NCBI GenBank assembly: GCA_050287785.1
Contig: JBNKCO010000018.1
Span: 73,149 to 137,148 of the forward strand
From: Bacteroidales bacterium
Lineage (GTDB): Bacteria; Bacteroidota; Bacteroidia; Bacteroidales; UBA10428
DNA length: 64,000 nucleotides
Reading direction: 5' to 3'
This document shows, one piece after another, positions 21,387 to 30,496 of the stretch. Position numbers and translations under genes: made by a program. Position 1 is the stretch's first letter, and each line of letters starts with the position of its first letter. The notes beneath the pieces were generated by a model, which had not been told where the DNA came from, searched no databases, and was given only the letters and a program-made list of their open reading frames with translations.

Positions 21387-21590
21387 TTAAAAACCACATG
21401 CTTCTCCCATTGCAATAGCGCCATAACTTGATGCTACAAAGCCCCCAGCACAAGCCAAACCTACAGAAGCAGCGCAGGTAGCAGCTGATATTACAACTAC
21501 TCCAGCATATAAGCCAATCATAATACCACATTTCCAACTGCCACCTTCAAGGTTTTCCATTTGTTCTAAACTTAAACTTTTCGTTTTCAT
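21387..21590 (-). CDS. double-glycine-leader class II (Blp-like) bacteriocin precursor, 4-Cys glycine/alanine-rich core
   Basis: MKTKSLSLEQMENLEGG / SWKCGIMIGLYAGVVVISAATCAASVGLACAGGFVASSYGAIAMGEACGF. The leader fits LSxxELxxIxGG. I prefer the ATG at 21590 over the track start at 21614. Confidence 0.85.
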   Translation of the reverse strand: MKTKSLSLEQMENLEGGSWKCGIMIGLYAGVVVISAATCAASVGLACAGGFVASSYGAIAMGEACGF

Positions 21591-21689
21591 AATTTTAATT
21601 TTTAAATTAGACATTAAGTTGAATTAATGTCCCCGTTGGCGCCTAACAGAGACAAAGCTTTATTTTGGATTTAACAAAACTCAAATAAA

Positions 21690-22157
21690 TTACTGTCCTA
21701 GAGGATTATTGTCCACATATCCATTCTTCCTAAGATATTGTTGAATGGCCATGTTTAAGCCCATACCCCATTGTTGTCCTAACACCATACTTTCTTGCGA
21801 AATAGCCGGAGTTTTTTCAGCTAATTTTTTGCCAGTTTCCGATTGATAGAAAGCGATAATTGCTTTTATATCTTCATGAGTAAAATGTTTTTGATAAATT
21901 GGAATTAGTTTCTTGCTAAACGATGTAACTTGCTCATCGAACACCTCTGTTTTAATTTCTGACCACGCCTTATCAGGTACATCTGGCATTGTTGCTTTTA
22001 GTTGCGCTACCATCTGATCGAAAATCATGTCATAGCTTTTTAACGACCCATTAAGTTTCTGCATTTTAGCAACATCTTTTGCAAACTGATCATCTTGCCC
22101 TATTAGGTTGGATGAGAACATTATTGCTACTATGGCAAATTGAAAAAACAACTTCAT
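21690..22157 (-). CDS. DUF2059-like periplasmic protein
   Basis: Signal peptide; IPIYQKHFTHEDIKAIIAFYQSETGKKLAEKTPAISQESMVLGQQWG resembles the DUF2059 signature. Confidence 0.7.
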   Translation of the reverse strand: MKLFFQFAIVAIMFSSNLIGQDDQFAKDVAKMQKLNGSLKSYDMIFDQMVAQLKATMPDVPDKAWSEIKTEVFDEQVTSFSKKLIPIYQKHFTHEDIKAIIAFYQSETGKKLAEKTPAISQESMVLGQQWGMGLNMAIQQYLRKNGYVDNNPLGQ

Positions 22158-22215
22158 AATGATTTAATTGTAAGGTTAATATTAACAGTATCAAAAATAT
22201 AAATGTAGAGTGCCA

Positions 22216-22455
22216 CTATAAAGCACTCGTAAAAAAAGACTCAAAAAAATTGAATTCATTCTTAAGAATATATGTGTTTTTGCATTTGCAAAACTCAATT
22301 TCTGCACCAAGGCTTCTTAGCTCATCCAGGTAACGAAATAAAGTTCGCCTTGAAATTTGCATTCTTGTTGCAAGCTCCTCTGATGTTCCTCTATTTTCCC
22401 TCTTTATAAATTCGACAAGCTGTGCCATCTTTAGTATGTAATTTTGGTTGCTCAT
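22216..22455 (-). CDS. small HTH (HTH_11/DeoR-N-like) transcriptional regulator
   Basis: 79 aa; TSEELATRMQISRRTLFRYLDELRSLG helix-turn-helix; alternative start at 22428. Confidence 0.65.
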   Translation of the reverse strand: MSNQNYILKMAQLVEFIKRENRGTSEELATRMQISRRTLFRYLDELRSLGAEIEFCKCKNTYILKNEFNFFESFFTSAL

Positions 22456-22460
22456 ACTGA

Positions 22461-23543
22461 TTATTTTAAGTCTGTGTCGGGAATTTTAACTTGATTGCCT
22501 AATTCCAAACCTTCAAGTATTTCTGTTTTAACGCCATCTGATATTCCGGCAATCATTGCTTTCTTAATGTATTTGTTCTCAACATCGTGCACATAAACAA
22601 AAGCACTGTCTTCTTCATAAGATATGTATTTTTCTTCTAAACATAAAACACTATCCTTCTCTGCAATTGTAATAATAGCAACTGCATTTATTCCTCCGTA
22701 AAGTTTTTGGTCGCAGTTTATTATAGCTGCCTCAACTGGAAATTTAACTATCCCATTTTTATCTATTCCTTTCGGATATATTTTATCTATCTTCCCTTTA
22801 ATCTTAACTCCTTCAGTAAAAACAGTCTCGATAAATAATTCCTGTTCTTTATAAATTTTATTCAAATCCCTTTCCTGTATTTCTCCAAAGAATTTCAATG
22901 AATTCATATTAGCTATAACAGCAATAGTTGTTCCTTCGTTAAAGTTGTTTTGCTTGATTACAGGGGAACCCGGTTTTGCAAACAATGTCAAAATTGTACC
23001 AGAGGCAGATGCATATATAATATTTGATAATTCCTTGTCCGAAGTAATAACTCCCTTTGTTGCCATTAGGAGTTTTTTTCTTGCACTTTCGAATTGTTCT
23101 ATTGTTTCTTTATATTTTGCATCAACACTTTCAAATTCTGCTTTTGAGCTCAGCCCTGCTTCGCACAAACTCCTTTCTCGTTCATAGTTTATCTTAGCCG
23201 TATTTTTCTGAATTTCAAAAAGACTAACTGCCGATTTTAGGCTTTCAACATCCATGGGTTCTGTTAGATTTCTAATTTCTGCAATCTTTTGCCCCTCTTC
23301 AACTACTTGGCCAACTTCAACAAAAACCTTTTCAACAATACCATTTATTTTTGATTTAACCTTTATCTCCTCTGCAGGCATTATTTTCCCATTTATCCTC
23401 CTGTCAATTTTTATTGATTCTATTGTGGGGTTGCCTATTAGATAATTAGATGTCACGTCTTTGCGATTGATCTCTTTGAAAACAATCATGCCAATAACTC
23501 CAACAAAGAATACCAGTAGCAATATATTTAAGAGTTTTTTCAT
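22461..23543 (-). CDS. efflux periplasmic adaptor (MFP, HlyD/MacA-like)
   Basis: 360 aa; N-terminal TM anchor; lipoyl-like hairpin (INGIVEKVFVEVGQVVEEGQKIAEI), coiled coil, beta-barrel. Confidence 0.85.
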   Translation of the reverse strand: MKKLLNILLLVFFVGVIGMIVFKEINRKDVTSNYLIGNPTIESIKIDRRINGKIMPAEEIKVKSKINGIVEKVFVEVGQVVEEGQKIAEIRNLTEPMDVESLKSAVSLFEIQKNTAKINYERERSLCEAGLSSKAEFESVDAKYKETIEQFESARKKLLMATKGVITSDKELSNIIYASASGTILTLFAKPGSPVIKQNNFNEGTTIAVIANMNSLKFFGEIQERDLNKIYKEQELFIETVFTEGVKIKGKIDKIYPKGIDKNGIVKFPVEAAIINCDQKLYGGINAVAIITIAEKDSVLCLEEKYISYEEDSAFVYVHDVENKYIKKAMIAGISDGVKTEILEGLELGNQVKIPDTDLK

Positions 23544-23672
23544 TATTTATTAGATTTAGTCTCAAGATGTGAGACATTAGACATGAGACTATCTGAATTC
23601 ATTATTTTAAATTTTTAATTCTCCATTATTCATTATAAATTACAAATTCTTCTCTCTTAACTCTTCACCCTA

Positions 23673-24926
23673 TCATAAACTCCTCATCGCTACAACCGGT
23701 TTAATTTTCGCAGCCTTAAAGGCCGGAAGAAATCCTGCTACAAGTCCTGAAAATAATAATATCGTAATAGCAAGAACTATGTATTTTGGCTCAAGTGCAG
23801 TATGTGTAAAAAATCGATCATCACCTGTGCTTTTTGAAACCATAAGGTTTATTAACTTTAGAAATCCTGTACCAATCACCAATCCTAATATTCCAGACAA
23901 AATAGTTAGAATAACAGATTCAAAGAGAAACTCTTTTAGAACCACAACAGAGGATGCTCCAACTGCTTTTTTTATCCCGATCTCACGAGTTCGCTCTTTT
24001 ACAATAATGTACATAACATTACTTACTCCAATCATTCCACTTAGTAACAAACAGCAACCAACGAAAACAAAAAAAATGTTTAAGCCATTAAAAAGTTTTG
24101 AAAAGCTCGACATTTGTTCTTCATAGTTCACTACATATAAAGCTTTATTATTATTACTATCGAAATGATACTTTTTTGCTAATAATGATGTTATTTTCTC
24201 GGCATACCATTTTGTGTTTCCATCTGCTACAGTAATACCGAAAGACTTAAATTCATGAATAGGCTTGATAACTTCTGAAAAGCTTGTGTAAGGAATGAAT
24301 ATACAGTTTTGTTCATTCATCGACATTAGCGACTTATTATCCATAATTCCAACTACTAGAAAGTCTGTTCCGTTAACAGAAATGTTTTTATTAATTGGGT
24401 TGGAATTGCTGAAGAACTGTTTAACAATTCGGTCTCCGATTATGCAAATATTTCGGCCTTCATGGATATCGCGCTTATTGATTCTTCGTCCTTGTTTAAC
24501 TTTAAGGTTTTTTAATTTAAAGCTTTGTGTATTTATACCCTTTATTGTGAAATGTCCTCGTTCAGAATTATGTATTACAACTGTTCCGGAATTCTGAATT
24601 TCTGGAGATATTGCAATAATATTTGGAATACTTTTTTTTATTACTTCCAAATCAAAGAATTTAAAAGTAATATCTTTTCCTGAATCGCGCATTGAAATAT
24701 TTTCATCAGATTCTCCGCCGTAAAACATGATGGTTTTTTGAGTAAATCCTTTAAATAATCTATATACTCCTTCCTGCACTCCTCCACTAATCCCTAAGAG
24801 AACAATTAGAATAAAGATTCCCCAAGCAATTCCAAAAGAAGTTAGCAGGGTTCTTAATTTGTGAGCTTTAAGATTACTGTATATTTCTTTAACTAATTCA
24901 TAATATTTCTGAAAAGGCACTTTCAT
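23673..24926 (-). CDS. MacB-type ABC permease (MacB periplasmic core domain + FtsX)
   Basis: 417 aa; N-terminal KLRTLLTSFGIAWGIF helix, large periplasmic loop, three C-terminal TM helices, EIGIKKAVGAS motif. Confidence 0.85.
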   Translation of the reverse strand: MKVPFQKYYELVKEIYSNLKAHKLRTLLTSFGIAWGIFILIVLLGISGGVQEGVYRLFKGFTQKTIMFYGGESDENISMRDSGKDITFKFFDLEVIKKSIPNIIAISPEIQNSGTVVIHNSERGHFTIKGINTQSFKLKNLKVKQGRRINKRDIHEGRNICIIGDRIVKQFFSNSNPINKNISVNGTDFLVVGIMDNKSLMSMNEQNCIFIPYTSFSEVIKPIHEFKSFGITVADGNTKWYAEKITSLLAKKYHFDSNNNKALYVVNYEEQMSSFSKLFNGLNIFFVFVGCCLLLSGMIGVSNVMYIIVKERTREIGIKKAVGASSVVVLKEFLFESVILTILSGILGLVIGTGFLKLINLMVSKSTGDDRFFTHTALEPKYIVLAITILLFSGLVAGFLPAFKAAKIKPVVAMRSL

Positions 24927-25632
24927 AAAAGGGCTGAGATTGGATTAGGGTTTTATCATTGACTATTCTGCCATCAACTAAATTAATTATTCGATTTGTT
25001 TGGGCTGCAATATTATTATCGTGTGTAACTAATATAATTGTTTTTCCTTCTGAGTTGATATCTTCTAATACAAGCATTATTTCTTCCGATGTTTTTGAAT
25101 CTAAAGCACCTGTTGGTTCGTCGGCCAAAATAATTTTTGGATCAGTTATTAAAGCTCTTGCAATTGCAACTCTTTGTTTTTGTCCTCCTGAAAGTTCATC
25201 AGGCAAATGTTTTGCTCTATCTGACAAACCCAATTTATCGAGAAAAAACATTGCTTTCTCTAATCTTATCCTATTTGAGAAATTCTGATAATATAAGGGA
25301 AGAGCAACATTTTCAATAGCTGTCCGATGTGAAAGAAGATTAAATGATTGGAAAATAAAACCGAGTGTTGTACTTCTTAATAAAGCTTGTTCACTATCGG
25401 TTAAATTTTTAGTTGATTTACCATTCAGAAAATATTCTCCGGAATCGTATTCATCAAGTATACCAATAATGTTTAGCAAAGTAGATTTTCCACAACCAGA
25501 TGGGCCCATTATAGAAATATACTCACCTTGTTTAATACTTAAACAAAGTTTATCTAACGCCACAACTGTATTTGAATGCGTTGAATAGTCTTTCCTTAAT
25601 TCTTTTATTTCTATTAACTTATTTTGAGACAT
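24898..25632 (-). CDS. ABC ATP-binding protein (MacB/LolD-type)
   Basis: Walker A GPSGCGKST, signature LSGGQKQRVAIARAL, Walker B ILADEPTGALD. ATG at 25632 preferred over the TTG at 25644. Overlaps the permease by 29 nt. Confidence 0.9.
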   Translation of the reverse strand: MSQNKLIEIKELRKDYSTHSNTVVALDKLCLSIKQGEYISIMGPSGCGKSTLLNIIGILDEYDSGEYFLNGKSTKNLTDSEQALLRSTTLGFIFQSFNLLSHRTAIENVALPLYYQNFSNRIRLEKAMFFLDKLGLSDRAKHLPDELSGGQKQRVAIARALITDPKIILADEPTGALDSKTSEEIMLVLEDINSEGKTIILVTHDNNIAAQTNRIINLVDGRIVNDKTLIQSQPFYESAFSEIL

Positions 25633-26068
25633 TCCTTTTAACAATCAATTGAAAAAACATATTTTAATTAAAGGGTTGAAAATGATTATAATCCTATATT
25701 TTACATTGTAATGATACAACCGAAAAGATAACAATGAAAATATTTTATGCTAATGCGGCTAATCTCTATTCCAATGAAGAAACCTGCACCACTATTGAAA
25801 AATAAGAAAACTTGTTTTAGTGTAAATGCGCACAAAGTGAACCAATAAATTGACTTTGTATTCAATGCCTTATATAGTCGGCTTAGCATGCAAGGTATGA
25901 CTAATTATATTCTGTCTATAAGCTTCACTAACTTCGTTGCACTCTACTTGAAATCCAGTCATTCCGATGCACGTTCGGGACTCCTGAACCCCAGGTCTCT
26001 CGCGCCTCGTTATTGATGCTTACAGAACAGACTTTTGGAAAAATGCAGACTTTATGGACAAACTCTAA

Positions 26069-26158
26069 TTAGTCTTGTTCTTTGTATTTAAACTCAGGAT
26101 GCCCAAATTGCCAAAGCAGAAAAGAAAAACTATCGGCATTTTCAGAAAACCAGGAATA
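26069..26158 (-). pseudogene. C-terminal remnant of a prolyl-oligopeptidase paralog
   Basis: Minus-strand translation YSWFSENADSFSFLLWQFGHPEFKYKEQD* closely matches the tail of the 30497-31339 paralog (RFSESADSFSFLFWQFAHPEFTLKY); an in-frame TGA lies just upstream and there is no start. Confidence 0.75.
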
Positions 26159-26178
26159 TCAGTTTAACATAACAAACA

Positions 26179-28380
26179 CTAATGAAATGCTTTTTCTTTT
26201 AGAGAATACTTGAGATGACCGGTCTGCCAAAATGCAAAAGAATATACATTTGCCAATTGTTCATAATATATTGATTTAGTATCATTCAAGCCATGCCCGG
26301 ATTTATAATTCACCGAGAATATAATCGGTTTGTCTGAAATGTTATTGGCTTGAAGTTTGGCAGCAAATTTCCCGGGTTGCCATGCAATTACACGTGGATC
26401 ATTCATGCCAGTTGTAATTAAAGTAGCCGGATAGTCCGTATTCATCTTTATATGAAGATAAGCATCCATCTCAATAAGAGCCATACACTCTGTAGAATCT
26501 TTTATTGTTCCAAACTCTTTGGCATTATTAGGGCCATTAGGGGTTTCTTCATTTCTAAGTGGATTCATCATTCCAACTTCTGCAATAGCCACAGCAAACA
26601 AGTCTGGCCTTTCTGTTAAAGCACGTCCAATAAGTATTCCTCCTGCACTCCCTCCCCTGATTACTGTTTTATTTTTAGATGTGTACCCCTCTTTAATCAT
26701 AAATTCAGTACAGGCTATAAGATCTTTCCATGTATTTGGCTTGGTTATCTTTTTACCCTCTTGATACCAATTGTCTCCTTTTTCTCCTCCTCCCCTTACA
26801 TGAGCTATACACAAAATACCTCCTTCTTCTACCCAGGTTAACCATTTTGGATTAAAGTAAGGTCTGATGGAATGTCCATAGGAACCATATCCATAGATCA
26901 TTGTCGGATGTTGTCCATTTAATGAAATATTCTTTTTATGTATCACAGATAGTGGAACTTTTTCTCCATCATACGAGGAAACAAGCAGCTCTTTTAATAC
27001 AAAATCATCAAACTCTGGGAAAAATGTTTTTGGTTCAAGATTTTCTTCAATAAATGTGTTTTTAGTAAAATTGTATTGATATCGGTTATAATCATTTATC
27101 CAGCCTATGGTTGATACCCATAATTCTGGATAATTGGTACCTTTATTAAAAATATTTATCCTACCTGATGGATTTGGTAAGACTATCTCATTTTCTTTTC
27201 CATCGTTTAAACTATATAGTTTGCCTTCAACACCATTTTTAGTACTTGTATAATAAAGGCAGTTAGAGGTTTGTTTTATATCTCTGATAACTTCGTCATG
27301 TTTTTCGTCTACCAGTACGGTCGCATTTTTTATATCAGGATCTCTTAACAAAGAACTCAACACTTGAAAGTTTGAAGAATTAAGTGCTGACAAACATATA
27401 AAAGTAGTATCCTCAAATATTATTTTTTCTACCTTATCCGCTTTCTTATGTAGAGGTTGCCATTCAAGATTTCCCTTTTGAATATTTTTAAGCAGTCCAT
27501 AATATCCATCATGGTATGCTGTAGCTCCACCAATATTTACATATAAATATTGATCTTCCTCTGACTGACACATAACAATAGGAAAATCTTCTGACCTCAA
27601 GTTAAGCTCAGGATGAGTCTCTCTACTTAATAAAACATTTAGTTTTTTGGGATCATCTCCTATTTTATAGAAAACAGACATCGTGTTTTTTAAAAAATTT
27701 TCTGAAGTATGATCTATTTCAGGTAAATGCACATACAAAATACCACTATTATCCGGAAGCCAACTTATCCCACCAATTCCTGTTGGCCAACAATGATCGA
27801 TAATTTGTGGCAATACTTTCCTGTTTCTCATATCTATAAAGATTATCTCTGAAACTTCTTCACCATTATGCGACAATGATACAGCTATATAGTCACCATT
27901 CCAACTTGGTTTAATATAATTAATAACATAGGTATTACCTGTCTCTATCTTGAAATTTTTGGGATCAAATAATAGTTCATCTTTGCTACTGAAACTCTCT
28001 CGATAAAACAAACGAGCTACATCCTCATCAGCTCCCTGCTTTAAAAAGAAATACTGATCGTTTCCTGTTACATATACCTTCCAGACTTCAAACGATACAC
28101 GTTGGTCATACATCTTCATTTTTTCTATCAATTCTGCTTTGCCAGTAATATTCCAAAAAATTCTTTTTGCAAATTCAGATTCTTCTTTAAACCATTTTTG
28201 TACAAGAGTATCTTTTAAGTTTTCAATATTTCTATAATCATCCTGAATAGTTTTACCAAAATACTTTTCTGAAACAATTTGCATTGGTGCTTCCGGATAA
28301 TCAAAACGTGATGAATTTATTTTCTCAGACTGATTACATCCAATTAATAAGATCAAAAGAAGTGGGCTTAGTTTTTTCAT
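26179..28380 (-). CDS. prolyl oligopeptidase (peptidase S9A), lipoprotein
   Basis: 733 aa; lipobox LLIGC; propeller region; catalytic domain with GGSAGG nucleophile elbow, NDPRV Asp, SGHG His. Confidence 0.9.
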   Translation of the reverse strand: MKKLSPLLLILLIGCNQSEKINSSRFDYPEAPMQIVSEKYFGKTIQDDYRNIENLKDTLVQKWFKEESEFAKRIFWNITGKAELIEKMKMYDQRVSFEVWKVYVTGNDQYFFLKQGADEDVARLFYRESFSSKDELLFDPKNFKIETGNTYVINYIKPSWNGDYIAVSLSHNGEEVSEIIFIDMRNRKVLPQIIDHCWPTGIGGISWLPDNSGILYVHLPEIDHTSENFLKNTMSVFYKIGDDPKKLNVLLSRETHPELNLRSEDFPIVMCQSEEDQYLYVNIGGATAYHDGYYGLLKNIQKGNLEWQPLHKKADKVEKIIFEDTTFICLSALNSSNFQVLSSLLRDPDIKNATVLVDEKHDEVIRDIKQTSNCLYYTSTKNGVEGKLYSLNDGKENEIVLPNPSGRINIFNKGTNYPELWVSTIGWINDYNRYQYNFTKNTFIEENLEPKTFFPEFDDFVLKELLVSSYDGEKVPLSVIHKKNISLNGQHPTMIYGYGSYGHSIRPYFNPKWLTWVEEGGILCIAHVRGGGEKGDNWYQEGKKITKPNTWKDLIACTEFMIKEGYTSKNKTVIRGGSAGGILIGRALTERPDLFAVAIAEVGMMNPLRNEETPNGPNNAKEFGTIKDSTECMALIEMDAYLHIKMNTDYPATLITTGMNDPRVIAWQPGKFAAKLQANNISDKPIIFSVNYKSGHGLNDTKSIYYEQLANVYSFAFWQTGHLKYSLKEKAFH

Positions 28381-28574
28381 ATTGTTGCCTTATTAGTAAA
28401 AATACTTTTATGGGTTTTAACCAGTAAAATAATTTTATGTAGAGTATTGCTGTTTATAAAATATTAAATAATCAGAATGTTGAACATAAATATATCATTA
28501 TATGTGCTTGAAAGTGTAATTACAGAATAAGCAAATTAGTATTTGCCCTACAACAAACTAATCTAGAAATCAAA

Positions 28575-29297
28575 CTAAGAAATATTCAATGCCTTAAGCA
28601 CCCCTTTTTTATAAGTTATTCCTATTGGGATATTTACTTTTTTATTCTTCCTTTCAATTAATATCTCACTACCTCTAACCGATTCTATTTTATCAATTGC
28701 CATTATATAAGACTTATGAATTCTAATAAAAATATCTTTTGGCAATATCTCCATTATGGAATTCATTGATTTATAAATAATATGCTTATTTTCTTCCATC
28801 ACAATTATAATATAATTCCTAGCAGCTTCAATGTATAGAATATCGTTAAAATCAATTTTAACCTTTTTCCCATCTACATCGGCAAAAAAGAAATTATGAA
28901 TTGGTTCTGCAGTTCTCTGTTTGTCCAGATCATTTAAAATTCGATCTACCGATTTTTTAAATCTTTTAAATGTTACTGGTTTCAATATATAATCAGATAC
29001 TCCCAACTCGTAACCGCTTAAAGTATAATCAATGTGCCCGGTTGTTAAAACTACATGCGGAATATTATGGCCCCACCTTTCTTTCATATTCTCAATTAAA
29101 TCAATTCCAGTAAATTCGGGCATTTGTATATCCAAAAACATTATATCTGGCTTATTGCTATCTAAAAAAGCAAGTACATCAATAGACTTGGTGCTTGCAT
29201 ACATTAATGCTAGCTGTGGTATTTTATTTATATGGTCTTTAATAAGGTTAATTGCCTCTTCCTGGTCATCGACAACTATGCAATTGTATTGTTTCAT
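28575..29297 (-). CDS. LytTR-family response regulator
   Basis: Receiver (IVVDDQE, FLDIQMPEFTG, ILKPV) plus LytTR domain (FIRIHKSYIMA). Confidence 0.9.
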   Translation of the reverse strand: MKQYNCIVVDDQEEAINLIKDHINKIPQLALMYASTKSIDVLAFLDSNKPDIMFLDIQMPEFTGIDLIENMKERWGHNIPHVVLTTGHIDYTLSGYELGVSDYILKPVTFKRFKKSVDRILNDLDKQRTAEPIHNFFFADVDGKKVKIDFNDILYIEAARNYIIIVMEENKHIIYKSMNSIMEILPKDIFIRIHKSYIMAIDKIESVRGSEILIERKNKKVNIPIGITYKKGVLKALNIS

Positions 29298-29316
29298 TGT
29301 TTTTTTTGTGAATTTC

Positions 29317-30357
29317 TTAACTATTAATCCTCAGTATACTATAATACATATTTTCTTTTTCTTCAGTAATCAACTCATAATTTTCGCTATAATGCAGATT
29401 AAGTATTTGCCTTGCGTTTTCAAGGCCTATACCAGAGCTTACTACATTTTTATTTTTATTTATCATGTTCTTCACATAAAACTCTATTTGATTTTCAGTA
29501 ATTACCAACTTGATTTCAATTGGATTTTCCTTTGTGCTATAAACTCCATGTTTAAAGGCATTTTCCACAAAGGTTATCAAAACTCTGGGATATATAGTAA
29601 TGCCATCCAAATTACCCTTGGTTACAATATCCACAAACACATCTTTGTTGAGTATTTTACGTAAACTAATATAATTGCTTAAGTATCTAATTTCATCCTT
29701 TAACTGAACGGTAACTTCAGGAGCATAGCTGGTATAATAACGTAACATGTCAGAATATTTCTCAATCGCTCTAGCAGTTTCTTTCGAGCATTGATTAGCG
29801 ATACTATAAATATGGTTTAAGAAATTAAACGTAACATGTGGATTAAACTGATTTTTAAAAAAAAACAGTTCCTTTTTTAAAAGGGCGGTGTCTTTTTCAT
29901 TCTGTAATCTAATTTTTTGCATTTTAAGTTTCCTAAAATAATAGGAAAAAGCAACAAGGCAAATTATAAAAAACCATGTAGAATAAATCCTAAAAAACCT
30001 TTGACTTGGAAATAAAAGTTGAGGTTTAATTTTTAAAATGGTAACATCATAGATAAAATAGGAATTCAAGTAACCAATAAAATAATAAACAAGTAATTGA
30101 ACAATAAAAAAGGTGAAAAACAACAGTTTCCCTTTAGGCCAAAATTTTGGTAAAGTGAACATTATCAATCCATAAAAAGCGACTAAATGATTAACATAAA
30201 GTATAGAGTTAAATATTATCTTCCCTGGATATATTTCTTTAATTTGAGCTGTATTATATAAATATACAATTAGCACAATCCAAATAGCAAAATGACTGAT
30301 GATATTCTTATTGAATTGATTTGTCACCTTATTTTTATAGACTAAAATCTTTCGCAT
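29317..30357 (-). CDS. membrane histidine kinase (PF06580 type) without a large sensory exo-domain
   Basis: 346 aa; about 5 N-terminal TM helices; H-box FNPHVTFNFLNHIYS; FVENAFKHG; SGIGLENARQIL. Confidence 0.85.
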   Translation of the reverse strand: MRKILVYKNKVTNQFNKNIISHFAIWIVLIVYLYNTAQIKEIYPGKIIFNSILYVNHLVAFYGLIMFTLPKFWPKGKLLFFTFFIVQLLVYYFIGYLNSYFIYDVTILKIKPQLLFPSQRFFRIYSTWFFIICLVAFSYYFRKLKMQKIRLQNEKDTALLKKELFFFKNQFNPHVTFNFLNHIYSIANQCSKETARAIEKYSDMLRYYTSYAPEVTVQLKDEIRYLSNYISLRKILNKDVFVDIVTKGNLDGITIYPRVLITFVENAFKHGVYSTKENPIEIKLVITENQIEFYVKNMINKNKNVVSSGIGLENARQILNLHYSENYELITEEKENMYYSILRINS

Positions 30358-30496
30358 ATTCTTATTTTAAAATAGCCTTTTTACTTTATGATCATATTCA
30401 TTTTCCATACATTAATAACTATTTATGAAAACTTTTCAGCAACTAAATATCTATGTGTCCAATATAAGAGATTAAAAAAAACATAACAACCTTAAC

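Noticed and set aside
25940-26040. GC-richer patch with a tight hairpin (gttcggg-act-cctgaac) that shares an 11-mer (ccgatgcacg..) in inverted orientation with 14713-14723
   Set aside because: By rough estimate, hundreds of 11-mer matches are expected by chance in 64 kb on both strands. No tRNA/tmRNA-like fold or longer alignment could be built, so it is probably deletion scar.
29032-29664. 210-aa plus-strand ORF spanning the regulator/kinase junction
   Set aside because: It is antisense to two well-supported genes. Its sequence is an AT-rich-codon artefact (runs of I/F/L/S) with no domain features.
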